Shown here: piece after piece, positions 38,337 through 51,450 of the stretch
Layout: each line of letters starts with the position of its first letter
Position numbering within the stretch: position 1 is the stretch's first letter
DNA from: Zygnema circumcarinatum SAG 698-1b
Taxonomy: Eukaryota; Plantae; Zygnematophyceae
Direction: 5' to 3'
NCBI GenBank assembly: GCA_037447605.1
Contig: CM074815.1
Coordinates: 992,001-1,056,000 of the forward strand
DNA: 64,000 nt
Notes under the pieces: model-generated
Told to the model about the DNA's origin: nothing
Database searches by the model: none
The model's input: only the letters and a program-made list of their open reading frames with translations
Translations under genes and position numbers: made by a program

Positions 38337-41300
38337 TGTTGAAGCAGGGGTTTGCTCCCCACTTCCGGCGCCACCTTGGGTGTCGCCCTCCATTGGAACT
38401 TGAGTTCCCACGGATGAAGACATTCAAACACTCAAAGCTCTATCTTACTTCACTCATAAGCTATAGCTGTGAGAATGGCTACATAAGACAAGCTTACCGG
38501 CCGAATCAAAATGAGAGGGAGGTGTTAGGAGAAGCTCCGCGACTCCTAAAACTCCTTATAATAAAGCTACATCTTCCCACAATGAAGTTCTCCCACTACT
38601 TCAAGGTCCCTCTCACTCACTACCTCACGACTCAAGTGTAAGCAGCCTAGCAGCACGAGCAGGCACAGAATAAGACCCGAGACTATGACAAAGTAGTGTG
38701 GGTGGGTTACTTCCCATAATAAAGAAACTATGCACTATATAATATGGCGTCGTGGCCTTGACACACATAATCCGCGTCGCGTCACGCTCATTACAAGCTC
38801 CAATGCGAGAGGAGTAGAGGTGGAAGCACTCAGGAATATATGACGACTAGGCGCCTCGTGAACCTACGGCGGCGCCGACCTAGTTCTTATTAAAACCGTA
38901 CACCTGTAAATACCGGTTTAGCGTTCGTAGCGCTCCTTCCCGGTCTGCTTCCGCCGACACCTCGCATTGTTACACTTTCGAACTTCAGCGGACCCACATT
39001 GCGAGTGGTCGCAAATGGCGCATTCGGTTAGCGCCAAATATCTTACATGTCGTTTCAGCGCGCAACTGCGCTCAGCGTTTAACGCCAGCGCGCTTGTGCA
39101 TAATCAAAGTTGTCGCGCGTCCGTACTTGTGAATCAGCCGCGCACCTGTAAACCAATCAAAGTTCTTGGCGTCAGTTCCTCAGCGCGCACATGTGTGGCC
39201 GCGCGTCAATCCCGGCGCCGCTTCGTTAGTACTCCAGCGCTTTCGCTGGCCTTTGCCCACTCCACCTGAGTCGAGGAACACCCGACATTCCTAAATCTAA
39301 GAGCACTACGCCCTTGGAATATATTCTGGCGGCACACAACAAGTTAGTGTGTGCCATACAATGTCTAACTATCATACACTAACACTAACAATCCCCCTCT
39401 TGGGACTCAGTTCCTCATGGGCCCTAGCCCAATCAATTTGCTGTTCACTAGTAGTGTCTCCCCACTGACCCCCTTTGGTCAACATGTCTGCAGCCTGCTC
39501 TTTTGTTCCTACAAACTTCACCACTATCATCCCTTCCTCTACCATCTCTCGTACATAATGATATTGCACCCTAATATTGCTTGGTTCTCTTATGAAACAC
39601 AGGGTTCTCCATGAGGGCTATAGATGACTCGTTGTCCGTAAAAAGAGTCAATGGTGTTTGTGGTTGCTTACATTCATCAAAGAAATGTTGGAACCACATC
39701 CCCTCCTTCGCTGCATGGCACGCTCCCATGTACTCTCCTTCGGTGCTCGACAGCGCCACCGAATCTTGTAACTTCGAGCTCCATGAGATCGCGCCTCCTC
39801 CGTTCAGGAACACAAATCCTGACGTCGATCGTGACGTGTCCACATCACCTCCCCAATCAGAGTCGGTATACCCGATCACTACGGTTGGCCCCCCCTTCAA
39901 ATCTGAACCGTAATCAGGTCCCTTTCCGCGAATCTGAAAATCAGCTTCGACTCCCAATGTTCAGGACCGGGATTCTCCATGAACGACTTCTAGCTGAGAG
40001 CTCCACGGCTTTGCTAAGTCAGGGCGATTACCTATCATCAAGATACATTAAACTCCGGGTGCGATGCATGCGGCACTCCGTACATTCTGTACCTCATACA
40101 TTGCCCGGCATCGCATCTCGACAATGTCGCATTCCGGTCTCCATCCGGACTCGAACAAGGGCGGCACTCACCCGTTTTGAACACCAGCAAGTATATACTG
40201 CGGTATTGCCTAGCCGACAAAAGAAATAAGCTACCCGTCCACGCCCCCCCTCTTCAATTTGCATTCCTAGGAGATACTGCGCCTCCCCTAGATCCGACAT
40301 TTTGAAGTTAGCTTCTAAAAGCTGCTTCAAATCATTGATTCTCTCCAATGAGAGGCTCACCATTATGAGGTCGTCCACGTAGATCCCAACGTACATGAGA
40401 TCCGCCTCTTCTCCTTGTCGGTACACGGAATGATCCGTCTCGAATCGCGCAAATCCGTTACTCCGCAGGAGGTCATCAATTTTCTCGTACCAAATCCTGG
40501 GCGCCTGTTTCAGTCCGTACAAACTCTTCACAAGACGACAAACGAGATGCTCCTGCCCCGGGACAACTTTCCCTTCGGGCTGTACCATGTAGATCTCCTC
40601 AGCGAGATCTCCGTACAGAAACGCAGTCTTGATATCGAGTTGATATGCGTGCATCCCTGCAGTAACGCAATGCGATATTATTATTAGAGGCCTTGCGGAG
40701 GAGTTAAGACTTCTCACCCGCGAGAAGATGCACCGTGTAGTCGTCCGTACGCCTGGTGAAGCCCTTCGCCACCAGCCACCGCGCCTTGTCGGTGACCTCC
40801 CGTAGCCTTTAAGCTTCACCTTAGACACCCTGCATCCAATGGCCCTCCTTCCTACGGCGGCTCCTCAAGTCGCCATGCCCGTTCTCCGCTTAGTATCCCA
40901 CTTTCAGCATCGGTGCTGCTCGCCGCTTCTCCATCGACCCGTCGTCGCGGCTTCCCTCAAAAAGGTTTGCGGTTCCCGGTGATCATAAAAGCGATTAAGG
41001 CTCAGTCGGCTGAGTCTGTAGGCACTCTTTCTGTACTAAGGTTAGTCTCGCGAAGGCACACGTAGTGATCAGGCCTCCCTCACCACAGGTGCTCCTCCGG
41101 TCACTTGCGCTCTCCGGCTCCTCGTGTTGAAGAAAATCCCCGGGACAAACCCGGGAGGCATGCTTGACAACATAGCCTCTTTCTCAGCCGTCTCCAAGTC
41201 CTCATACTCCTGTCCATGCAAAGGTACAGTTTCGGCCGAGTTCTCCTCGTTGGACAGGTGAGTGTGTAGTGGTGCCGTCTCCGTCGAAGGTTGCGGCTCC

Positions 41301-44300
41301 CCCGCTTGCGGCTCCTCCGGTTCAACTCCCACGGCCGCCTCCACGTTCGGCGTTGCTTCCGGCTCAGCTCCCGCGCTCTCAGGCGTGCTGATCTCCTCTG
41401 AAGCTGGGACCTGAGAGGCGTCCATGCCTTCTTAAGCTAGTCTCCACATCCCCTGCATTACACAATTTCCAAACCTACAGCGGGTGCAGGTCTCCACTCT
41501 TGATCACGCCCCCTCTGGAGTCAATAGCGTCTCAGAGCTCTGCGCCGTTTGCTTTCGAGGGTTCCTACCCGATGGAATGCGGCTATCCAATATTTAACCC
41601 AGAGGCACCCTTCCACGGCGCAGGGGGTCGAACTTTCTCTTCTGCCTGCGCCCGGCACCATCGACCAGCGGTATCCAAAGGTCTTGGTGGGACACCGTGG
41701 GTTTCCATCCCCACTCCACACCTCTTGAGACGATCTTTAAGCGAGAAGATGGGCATCTATTTCTAAAGGTAAGAAGTTGCGATTATGCACAGCCTCTCCC
41801 AAAAGGATGCGGGAAGGGGAATCCCCATCCCGGCATGGTCAGGCATGTCCCCAGCGTCCTATTGTTCTCGGCAACTCCATTACTTTGAGGGTAAGGCCGA
41901 GAAAATTCATGCCTTATTCAGCGAGCCTTCAAGTACCCGCCGAACTCCTTCGACTTGAATTCCCCTCCGTTGTCCGAGCGCAGCGTCTTCAGTTTCTGAC
42001 CGCTCTCTCGCTCCATCTGAGTCTGCCAATCTCTGAACGCTCCGAAAGCTTCAGATTTGTACTTGAGAATTTTCACCCAAATTTTCCTCGAAAAATCGTC
42101 GAGGAAGGTGATGAAGTAGCGAGCTCCTCCGCTCGTTGCCGGTGTCACGGGTCCACACAAATCGGTATGAACCAATTCCAGTTTCTCTGCGCGTGAAATG
42201 ACTCCTCTCCACTCCTCGAGAAAGGTCTCCTGTGCGCTTTCCCCTCTACACACTCTTTGCAAAGCCTAGCTCCTTCTCCTTCGTCAACGTCTAACCAGCG
42301 GACCAGCCCTTTCTGCGGCAAAACATTTGCGATCCCCTATGGTTTAAGATGGCCAAGTCTACGATGCCAAAAGGATTTACTGCACCCTCGATTACAGCCA
42401 TCACACCCTCATCTTCTTCTCTCCTATAATGAAGGTAATACAGGCCTCCCTTCTCATACCCCTCAAACAGCCGCTTCCCCGACTCTAGGTGAGTAGCTAC
42501 ACAAGACTTCTCCTTAAAGGTGACTTCGTACCCCCTCTTACATACTTGACTAACAGACATGAAGTTCTGTTTCAGGTCAGGAGTATGAAGTACGTCACCG
42601 ATGCACAACCAACTCTTCTCTTTCTTCTTAAGTAGATGATAGAGCGTCTCCGAGATCATCTTTACTACCTCCTTTTTGTAGCTTTGTCACTCCCTCTCGG
42701 TTCTTGGTGAACAGATACGGTCCTCTCCAAGGTGTCAGCCGAGAACATTAAACGTAAGCCACACGTAATGCGTGGAAGCGCGCGGAGTCCCGATCGACCA
42801 TGGCAGCTTGGATCCATAACCTGGATCTTCCCAACAAAATCCGAGAATGTTCAGTCGGCATGAGATTCGTCTCCACACGCCACTCTGCAATCCCTGGCGA
42901 AATAGCGGCTGCTTTACTTGCATTTAGCGATTCCTTGAATCCCTTCTTGACGGATGACGATGCTCCTCCACCCCGATCTTGGGTGTTCTTGTTCTTGTAA
43001 CAGTCGGCCGAGAAGTGGCCCGTCTTGCCGCACGTGTAACACGCTCCCGCAGGGCGTTCCCCACGGTCTGCTCTCGGCGCACCTCCTCTTCGAACTTGTC
43101 GTGAGTGCAGCGCCAACACCTTCTCCTCGGTGCCTCCAACGTCTTGGACAGTGTTCTCCTCCTTGATCCTCCGTTTCACTTGCTCAAGGGTCATCACGGT
43201 GTTCGTTAGAACAGTCCTAAGAGCTGCAACTGCTACATCCAATCGGCCAGGCAGTCCCCCTAGAAACCTGCTGATTTTATTGTTATCCTCTTACGGTTTT
43301 TGCAGCGCTATAAATCCCTCCATTAGAGTATCAAATCTGACCATATATATTCAAACTTCTCGCCCGGACATCTTCATTTTTTCCCAAGGCTGGGTGTAAA
43401 GGTGGGCTTATCGTTCGTTATCCTTTACATCGCCACATCTCCTCTAAGCATCTCCACATAGCATGTGAGAGTCTTAAGGTCATGCACGGCATGGAAGAGG
43501 GACTTCCCACTCGCTCATGGCCAGTCACGGGTGAGGGGCTTGTTGTCCTTGGTCCTCCCATCTGGCTTATTTGCGTGAAATAGAACTCCGACTGCAGCTC
43601 CGCCGTGGCTCCCTCCGGCTGCACCGGTGCCTTGATGGTGCTGTCAACGTACCCCAACAGCCCCTTGCCCACGAGCAAGGGAACGCCCGCCATCTCCACC
43701 CCTTGTAGTCCGAACCGCCGAGCGGGATGCTGAACTTCCGTGGTCTTCCACCAAGCCACCCCTTGGGCTCACATTACCACTTGTTGAAGCCCGGGGGTTT
43801 GCTCCCACTTCGGCGCCACCTTGGAGTGTCGCCCTCCATTAGAACTTGAGGTTCCACGGGATGAACATTCAAACACTCAAAAGCTCTATCTTACTTCACT
43901 CCTTAAAGCCCCACTTAACAAGGAATGGCTTCTACAAGACAAGCCTGGCCGAGGAAATCCACAATAGAGAGTGTTAGGGAAAGCTCCGGCTCCCAAAACT
44001 CATATAATAAAACTGTCTTCTGTGAAGTTCTCCCCCACCACTTCCAAAGGTCCCTCACCTCACTGCCTCCACGACACAAGTGTAGGCAACCCTAGCGGCA
44101 CAGCGGGGCTAAGATAAGACCCGAGACTTATGACGAGCCAGGTGGTGGGGGTACTTCCCATAGTAAAACTACACACTATATAATATAGCGTCATTGACGC
44201 ATGACACACATGTCACGTCGCGTCACCATTACAAAGCACATGCGGAGTGCGGTGGGCGCGCACTTTCAGTGAGCCATGACCCAGCTACTTTGCCTCGTAA

Positions 44301-44845
44301 ACCCTGGCTGGCCTTGGGCCCTGGTGCACGGCTCGGGGATCGTGCATCCGTCCCGATGCCGGTTTACGCTTCGTTAAGCCGAAAGCGCTCCTTCGGTCTT
44401 AAGCCGGCGACATCACCGAGCGTACACCGAGCTTCAGCGGACCCACATTGCGAGGTGGTCCCGCGTGGCGCATTAGGTTAAGCGCCAAATATCGCCACAT
44501 ATGCGTTTCGGCGCGCAACTGCGCTCAGCGTTTGGCCGCCCAGCGGCGACAATCAAAGTTCGCGGCGGCGTCCGTGCCAGCGAATCCGCGGCCCGCGCCG
44601 ACCAATCAAGTTTAGCAGCGTCGTTCTCAGCGCACATGTATGACACCCAGCGTCCAGTCGGCGCCGGCTGATTGGTACTCCAGCGCTTTTCGCGGCGGCA
44701 GCACTCACGAGTCGAGGCGGCGTTTCCTAAATCCTAAGAGCACTACGCTGGCGGATCTCATGTTACGCAAACTGGGTACACCCTTGACAAGTTGGTGGTA
44801 TTGCCATACAATGTCACAACTATCGCTCTGCAATACAACACTAGG
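38337..44845 (-). mobile_element. Ty1/copia family B element inserted in a carboxylesterase exon
   Basis: LTRs 38337-39390 and 43782-44845; PPT at 39391-39401; TSD GAATT (38332-36, 44846-50); gag knuckle CYTCGKTGHFSADC, ELVHTDLCGPV, YVGIYVDDLI, YTDSDWGGD; many frameshifts. Confidence 0.9.
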
Positions 44846-44865
44846 GAATTCGGGCTGAGGATCAA
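44846..44865 (-). pseudogene. 5' stub of the carboxylesterase exon disrupted by copia B
   Basis: CT-rich intron (45018-44866 on minus) ends TTCAG; phase 1 matches the donor at 16360, giving ...PSFA-I-DPQPEFARL. Confidence 0.75.
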
Positions 44866-45018
44866 CTGAATTCAGAGAGAGCAGATATAAAGAAAGGGAG
44901 TAAGTGGTAGTGATGCCTGATAAGGACGGAGAGGAAGGAGTGGTGGGAGGAAAGGGTGACGAGAGGAGGAATGGAGTCCAGGGATGGAGAGAGTCGTGGA
45001 TGAGAGAGGGAGAGGAAC

Positions 45019-46032
45019 TGTTAGTGTTAGTGTATGATAGTTAGACATTGTATGGCACACACTAACTTGTTGTGGTACTCAGTTTGTAGAACATGAGGTC
45101 TGCTAGGCGTAGTGTTCTTAGGTTTTGTAGATGTCGGTGCTCTGACTTTGGTGAGTGCGCCGCGAGTGTGCGGAGTACGAACGAACGGCGCTGATTGGTC
45201 GCGGCGCTGACACAAGTAAGTGGAGTACGGACGCGCAACTTTGATTGGTCGAGGCCTGGCCGGCCAGTTCCCTTGAGAATGCGGATGCGTAGCGACTCCC
45301 CGTTGAGAATGCGTGGCCTTGGTGGCAACCTTGTGGGCGCAAAGTTGCTTGGCCTTGAGCTTGACATGGAATATATTTGGCGAACGGAATCGCCGCGTGG
45401 ACCGCACTCACTGATATTGGGTCGCGAGTTAATGCGGTAGAGATAGCCGGCGGCGAGAAAGGCTGGCCCGAAGCCTTGGCGAGAAGCGATGCAGGCGGAT
45501 GTGCGATCAGGCAAGAACTGGAAGTGAGGCGCCCTTGGTAGGTTCTGGCGGCTAGCTAGTATTTATTCACGAGTCGCCCACTTTCGGACTTCGTGCATGG
45601 GTTTTGCAATGGCGGGGCCAGCGACGTGACATGTGTGTCATGTCATGGACGCCATATTATATAGTGTGTAGTTTTACTGTAGAGTACCCATTACACTACT
45701 GTCATGATCTGGTCTTATTGAGCTTTTGCTTTCCGTCTTTGTAAAAATTTTTACACTTGTGTGCGTGAGGTAGTAAGAGGGACCTTGGTAGTGGGAGAAC
45801 TTCATTGTGGGTAGACAGTTTTATTATAAGGAGTTTTGGAGCCGTATGAGCTTTCTCTAACACTCTCTCATTGTGATTTCCAGCTGTGCTTGTCTTGTAG
45901 CTTCATACATTTGTTATGGGCGTGGAAGTAAGATAGAGCTTTGAGTGTTTGAATGTCTTCATCAGGTGGGAACTCAAGTTCCAATGGAGGCGACACGAGG
46001 TGTAGGAAGTGAGAACAGACCCACAGCCAACA
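45019..46032 (+). repeat. Copia family-B LTR (solo, probably recombinant or chimeric)
   Basis: TGTTAGTGTTAG...CCAACA; flanks GGAAC and CACCC are the reverse complements of the flanks of the 16458-17373 copy (one mismatch). Confidence 0.9.
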
Positions 46033-47833
46033 CACCCTCCCTCCACGTTCCCCTCTTGTTGATGTACGCCAAAAGATGCGTCAAGGTGTTATTACTTAGT
46101 TCCTATAGCATGAATGTTGTCAGGGACATCAATGTGGTGGTATAGGGACAATGTCATGTATGAATGGTCATGTTTGGTGTCGGACCGAACATGGGGGGTG
46201 CCCGTATCATTAGGCCATGGTACGGCAGGTCTAGGGAAGGTCTAGGGTCGTAGAATTACGGCTTAGGCTTAGACCCGTACCAAAGGGGTGCAGATATTGT
46301 GACGAGGGCGGCGGCCCGTCTGGGGCCCGGCGTAGCGGCTGGCATGGTGACGAAACAAATGGACAGGAGATATTTGGTAGCGGCCCGGTTCACGCGCGGC
46401 GACATGATTGGTCAGCGCCGGCGGTCGCGGATAGCGGCGCCAGTCGCGGGCGTGACGTGACGCGGAAGTCGGTTGAGGCGAAGATATGCGGCGAATGAGG
46501 AAGCTGACGCGTGGCATTGCGTGTGGACCCTTAGTGCGGTCCTCGGCTCACGGCGAGGTCAACTCAGAAGGGGACGAGTGAGGATCTTGGCCCAGGAGGA
46601 GGCTGACATATGCGGTGGGCGGCGGACGTGTGTACGGCCGGCGTGAACAGTACCGGGCGACCTTCGTGGGTCGGTCTTTGGCGTGGAGTTCGTGAAGTCG
46701 TGTGGTAGGTTGTTGTGAGCGGCGTGGGCGGCGTTGAAACTGGCGTTTGTTGATGCATCGTTTGCTAGTCTTTGTGGCGTGACATCGGGTGTCACGTCAC
46801 GCCATTCATAGTTTAAGAGAACAAGCTTGGCTCTCTCACTCACTCACTCTCTCTGAATGTTATCTTTCGACCATTGTTGTATAGGAAGAGTAAGAAATTT
46901 GAGAGCTTCGAGGTCGACGCGCGTGTATGAGAAGGTCGTGAAGGAACTAGCTCTCATCATGCTAAGCTTTAGTGAAGAAGTTAGATGATGTGTCCCTCAT
47001 GTGTTGAGGTAGAGGAGGAGTTCATGGAGGCAAGTAGTGCTTGGCTACTGCAGTTGGGGTGTAGGCTATCTATGAGAGGATAGGATAGTGCTCATGAGAG
47101 GAGGAGAATCTAGCATAAGGGATCTATGTAGATTTCCTCAAGAGCTTGTATTACACTCATGAAGTTTAAGGAGTTTTGGGGCCGTGGGCTTTCTCCTTAC
47201 TACTGTATCATTCGTCATGTGAGTCCTCGTGTTGGATTAGCGTGGTGGATGAGTGGAGGCGACCATTGTATGGGCGGTGTGTTGCTCCACACGAGGAGAT
47301 CATTGCAGGAGCGTGGAGTTGAGGAGCCGAGACCATGGAGGAGATGAAGAAGTGCACTTGTTGAGGTGGGGTGTTTAGTTTCCGCTGTGCGCACCTGGCA
47401 AGAGGTGGACGAGAAGGCATATCGTGGCGGAAGCGGTATGTGGCCCAAGGAGAAGCAAAAGAAAAGTTTTGAGCTCTGATACCCAGGGCATGTGTTGCCC
47501 TTTCCTTGTGTCTTTCCTTTCTTGCTGCCCCTTGCACCAACACCTACCGCTCCCTTGGCCCCGCCCCCTCCGCCGGCCGTACACCCCTCTCTTCACCCCG
47601 GTTTCCCCCCCCCCGGCCGCCCCGCCTCCCACCCTGGGAGTCGTCTATGGTGCTCCCGAGTTCGGTCACGCCTTTTTGGCCGCGGACCCTTTTGGGTATG
47701 ACCCCTCTCTCCCTGAGTCCACTTGGCTTATTGACTCGGGTGCCTCCCATCGCCTAACTTCCTATCTGTCTTTGTGTCAACTCTCTGTGTCCTCACTTGC
47801 GATCGTACAATGTCCACTTTGTCTTTTTCAATA
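46033..47833 (+). mobile_element. Remainder of the copia A element (protease, deleted to the LTR 3' end) with LTR D inserted
   Basis: STWLIDSGASH at ~47718-47750, then LTR A end ...TTTTTCAATA at 47833; 3' flank GATAC equals the reverse complement of 37371-75. Confidence 0.8.
46057..47542 (+). repeat. Complete family-D solo LTR (~1.49 kb, TGTTG...CCAACA)
   Basis: Both ends are matched by the partial copies at 10933, 19890-20448 and 52345; TSD imperfect (CCTCT/CCTAC); no internal domain of this family in the window. Confidence 0.8.
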
Positions 47834-47869
47834 GATACGAGAGGACTTTAGGCTCCAAAGGAGCACATT

Positions 47870-50800
47870 TGTAACGGACCGCGGGGCTAATCCCTCCTCG
47901 GTCGTGCGATGAATCTCCCTTAGCCTGCACTCAGCGCCTGAATCAAGAAATCGAGAGAGAGAGAGAGAGAGAGAGCGTTAGAGAGTGGCGCAGCCCCGGG
48001 CAAGGGTGCAACCGTATGCTGGTACGTTGGTTGGGTGACGACAGTCACCCACGCCCCTTTACGCTTCCCCCGTTGAACCTCCTACCAGCATGGAGGATTG
48101 GAAGCAGGGNNNNNNNNNNAAGTTCGCCGTACTTAACAACACCTCATCGCCCTCCTTGAAGGTGAGTTGAGTACGGTGACGGTCAGCATAGGCCTTTTGT
48201 CGCGACTGGGCCGCTAGCAAGGTCTGCCGTGCCCTCTGCAGCGCCTCAGACATTAGCCGGACAAAAGACCTGACTGCGGGAGGTTGAGTCCGATGAGTTC
48301 CTCTCAGCTTCCAAGGATCGGGGGTTCTGTGGACACCCATGTTCCACGGATCAGGGGGCTGATCCCTTGGTTGCAGGGGATTTAGGGGATGCTGACCAAA
48401 GTTCAGGAAGAAAGGGGTGGTACCAATGGATTCCTGGTAAGCATTATTGATGGCGTATTCAGCCACTGGGAGCAGTTCATCCCACCCATCCGGGGTGGGT
48501 CCCACATAATGCCGGAGGTAATCCTCCAAGATGTTGTTCACCCGTTCTGTCTGGCCATCGGTTTGTGGGTGGAAAGCTGTACTCAATGCCTGCTTGGTCC
48601 CCACAATTTTGAGCACTTCCGTCCAAAAATGGCCGGTGAATCGTGGGTCACGGTCAGACACAATTTCCGACTGAAGACCATGCTGGCTCCACACTCTGTC
48701 AACATACAACCGTGCAATCTCGTCGGCCCCAGCTGTCTTAGTAGATGGCGCAAAATGCACCATCTTGCTGAGCCGATCGACGAAGACGAGGATGGAGTCA
48801 TGCCCCCGAGGTGTCACAGGAAGATCTGTGATCAAATCCATTCCCACACTGTCCCATTTCCGAAAAGGAGGTGTGAGGGGTTGCAGCTGGCCAGGAATCT
48901 TGCCAGTGCGGGGTTTGTTTCGTTGACAAGTTGGACAAGCGAGTACATACGCTTTCACGTCCCTCGAGAGTCCAGGCCACCAGAACTCTCGGAGCAGTGC
49001 CTCACGGGTTTTGGCAACTCCCATGTGACCCCTGTACGGAGGATCATGGAGCTCACTCAGAATGAGCTGCCGTACAGTTCCGGCCTTGGGCACGACCAAC
49101 TGCTGGCCGTGGTACCAGAATCCGTCCTTAGACACCACTTTGTCCTTATAGCCATTACCTTGGCCATCCAGGAACAAAGGATCACCAGCATACCCCTCCT
49201 GGATCATCCGTCTGAGATCAGAGAGAGCAGGAGGGCCGACTGCGTCGCTGGTGCAGGGATCTATGACAAAGCATGTTGGAGACGGAGACTCGGGGTTGGC
49301 CGGCCCCTCACCTCTGTCATCTCGTTCCACCAACACTCCCGAGTGACGGCGCACCATCGAGCAGATGTGAGGTACGCTTTCGGTGGAGTACGCTACATTC
49401 GGCCTTAGGGCGAATAAAGCCTTGCTTGTGATCAAACCTTTGGAGGCTTCCGGACCGGCGTGCACACTGGCACCGGGGGTGTTGGGTTGAGAAGAGCGCG
49501 TCGTGGCGGTGAGTGGTGGCGGTGTGACGCTTTAAGCTATCAAAATAGCACCGCCATGTCCTCAAGGCGTGAACAACTGCAAGCAATTCCTGTTCTGTTG
49601 CAGAATAGTTGCGCTCAGCGGGATTCATTTTGCGACTTTCATACGCCAAAGGTTGGCCATCTTGAAACAAGACGGCACCCAAGGCGAATCCCGAAGCATC
49701 ACAAACCACTTCATATGGTTTGGACGGGTCCGCTAAACGGAGTGTAGGGGCGGTAACCAGTGCATGGCGTACACCCTCAAATGCTTCGGCATTGAGGGGG
49801 TCCATCTGGACACGGAGCGTGTCAAATTAGTCAAGGGTAACCAATTTTACTAAACCTTGGATAAACTTACGAAAATGGTCGCAAATCCAAGAATGATACA
49901 TGGCTGATGTAAGTCGGTTGATGCCCAGTTTCGGTGAAACTTTGGCGAGGGGCGAAGGCCTTGATCGTCGAGAATATGCCCAAGATAAAGCAACTCACGT
50001 TGCATGAAATGACAATTTTTCCTCTTGGCATAAAATCGGTTCGTCCTCAGTACCTCAAACACTTTCCGAACGTGTTCAAGATGTTCTTCCTCCGTCTTAC
50101 TGAAGACAAGGATGTCATCGAGGTAAACCAAAACAAATTCGTCCATTGCTATGAACATCTCGTTCATCGACTTGGAAAGTCAGCAGGAGCATTAGTCAAT
50201 CAAAAGGCGCTTACCTTATATTGGAAATGACCAATGGAAGCGTCAGGAGCATGGATTTTGGTACACATCGGCCTCGCGTGACGCCCGGATGCGATGGTAC
50301 ACTTACTGACAAGATCAGGTGAAGTAAACACTTTGGCTCAGGTGAAGGCGATCCAACAGATCATCAATACGTGGTAAAGCAAAGCGATTCTTTACGGTGA
50401 TTTTGTTGAGTGCACGGTAATCAATGCACATCCTCAACGAGCCATCCTTTTTGCCAACAAACAAGATGGGCGCCCCAAAAGGGCTTTGGCTGGGCTCTAT
50501 CCAGCCCTTCTCCCGTAAATTAGTCAACTGCTTACGCATCTCTTCGGTTTCCTTCGGACTTAACCGATAAATCGGCCGCCAAGGCGGCTTTTGCTCAGGC
50601 TCAAGAGGTATTGTGTGCCCGACTCCTCGAGACGGTGGCAACCCTCTTGGGAGGTCATCAGGGAAAACATCCCTGAACTCATCCAACAAAGGTTGGGTTT
50701 TGGGTGGAACGGCCGAGAGCACATCCGTAGATGTGATCTGCCATTCTTGATCTTCGNNNNNNNNNNCATCACCTCGTCCAGGGGGACGGGTGGTGGAGGT

Positions 50801-51450
50801 GGCGGCCCAGAGGGCCCCGGGTCCCCTCCGGCCCGGCGAGTGGTCACCATGACCAACAGGTCCTCCTTGCAGAGGAAGGCCGCAACGCGGCTCTGATACC
50901 ACTGTAACGGACCGCGGGGCTAATCCCTCCTCGATCGTGTGCGGAATCTCCCTCAGCCTGCACTCAGCGCCTGAATCAAGAAAGCGAGAGAGAGAGAGAG
51001 AGAGAGAGCGTCAGAGAGTGGCGCAGCCCGAGGCAAGGGTGCAACCGTATGCTGGTACGTTGGTTGGGTGACGACAGTCACCCACGCCCCTTTACGCTTC
51101 CCCCGTTGAACCTCCTACCAGCATGGAGGATTGGAAGCAGGGCTGTCCAATGGCAGACTGCCACGTGGCGCGCCGCCGTACGTCGGTGCACGGTCGGATC
51201 CTACGCGCGCGGCGCGGGGCTCGACTGACAGTCCGTCCGTACCAATGGTAACCCGCAATTGTACAGACGACGGTTACGTTCCAAAACGTTACAAACCCTT
51301 ACGATTTCCGCAAGGTTTGATCCTAAGACCTACCAGGTCCTAAGTGGTCCCCGGCGCCTTGACCACTCGGCCCGCGCCCGGGGTGAGAGTACCAGGACGG
51401 AGTGCGCCCCTACGTACACCTCCCGTGGGCGACTGTAGCGTTTCGCTACA
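47870..51450 (-). mobile_element. Chromovirus family G element, collapsed by gaps
   Basis: LTRs 47870-48109 (gap-truncated) and 50903-51450; PBS reverse complement 50890-50901; exact TSD ACATT (47865-69, 51451-55); integrase ORF 49465-48120, RT and RH fragments. Confidence 0.92.

Noticed and set aside
48389-49408. 339-aa plus-strand ORF and similar antisense ORFs (18763-19113, 25586-25939, 59602-60030)
   Set aside because: Shadow frames of pol; homologous copies differ in their stops and there are no recognisable motifs.
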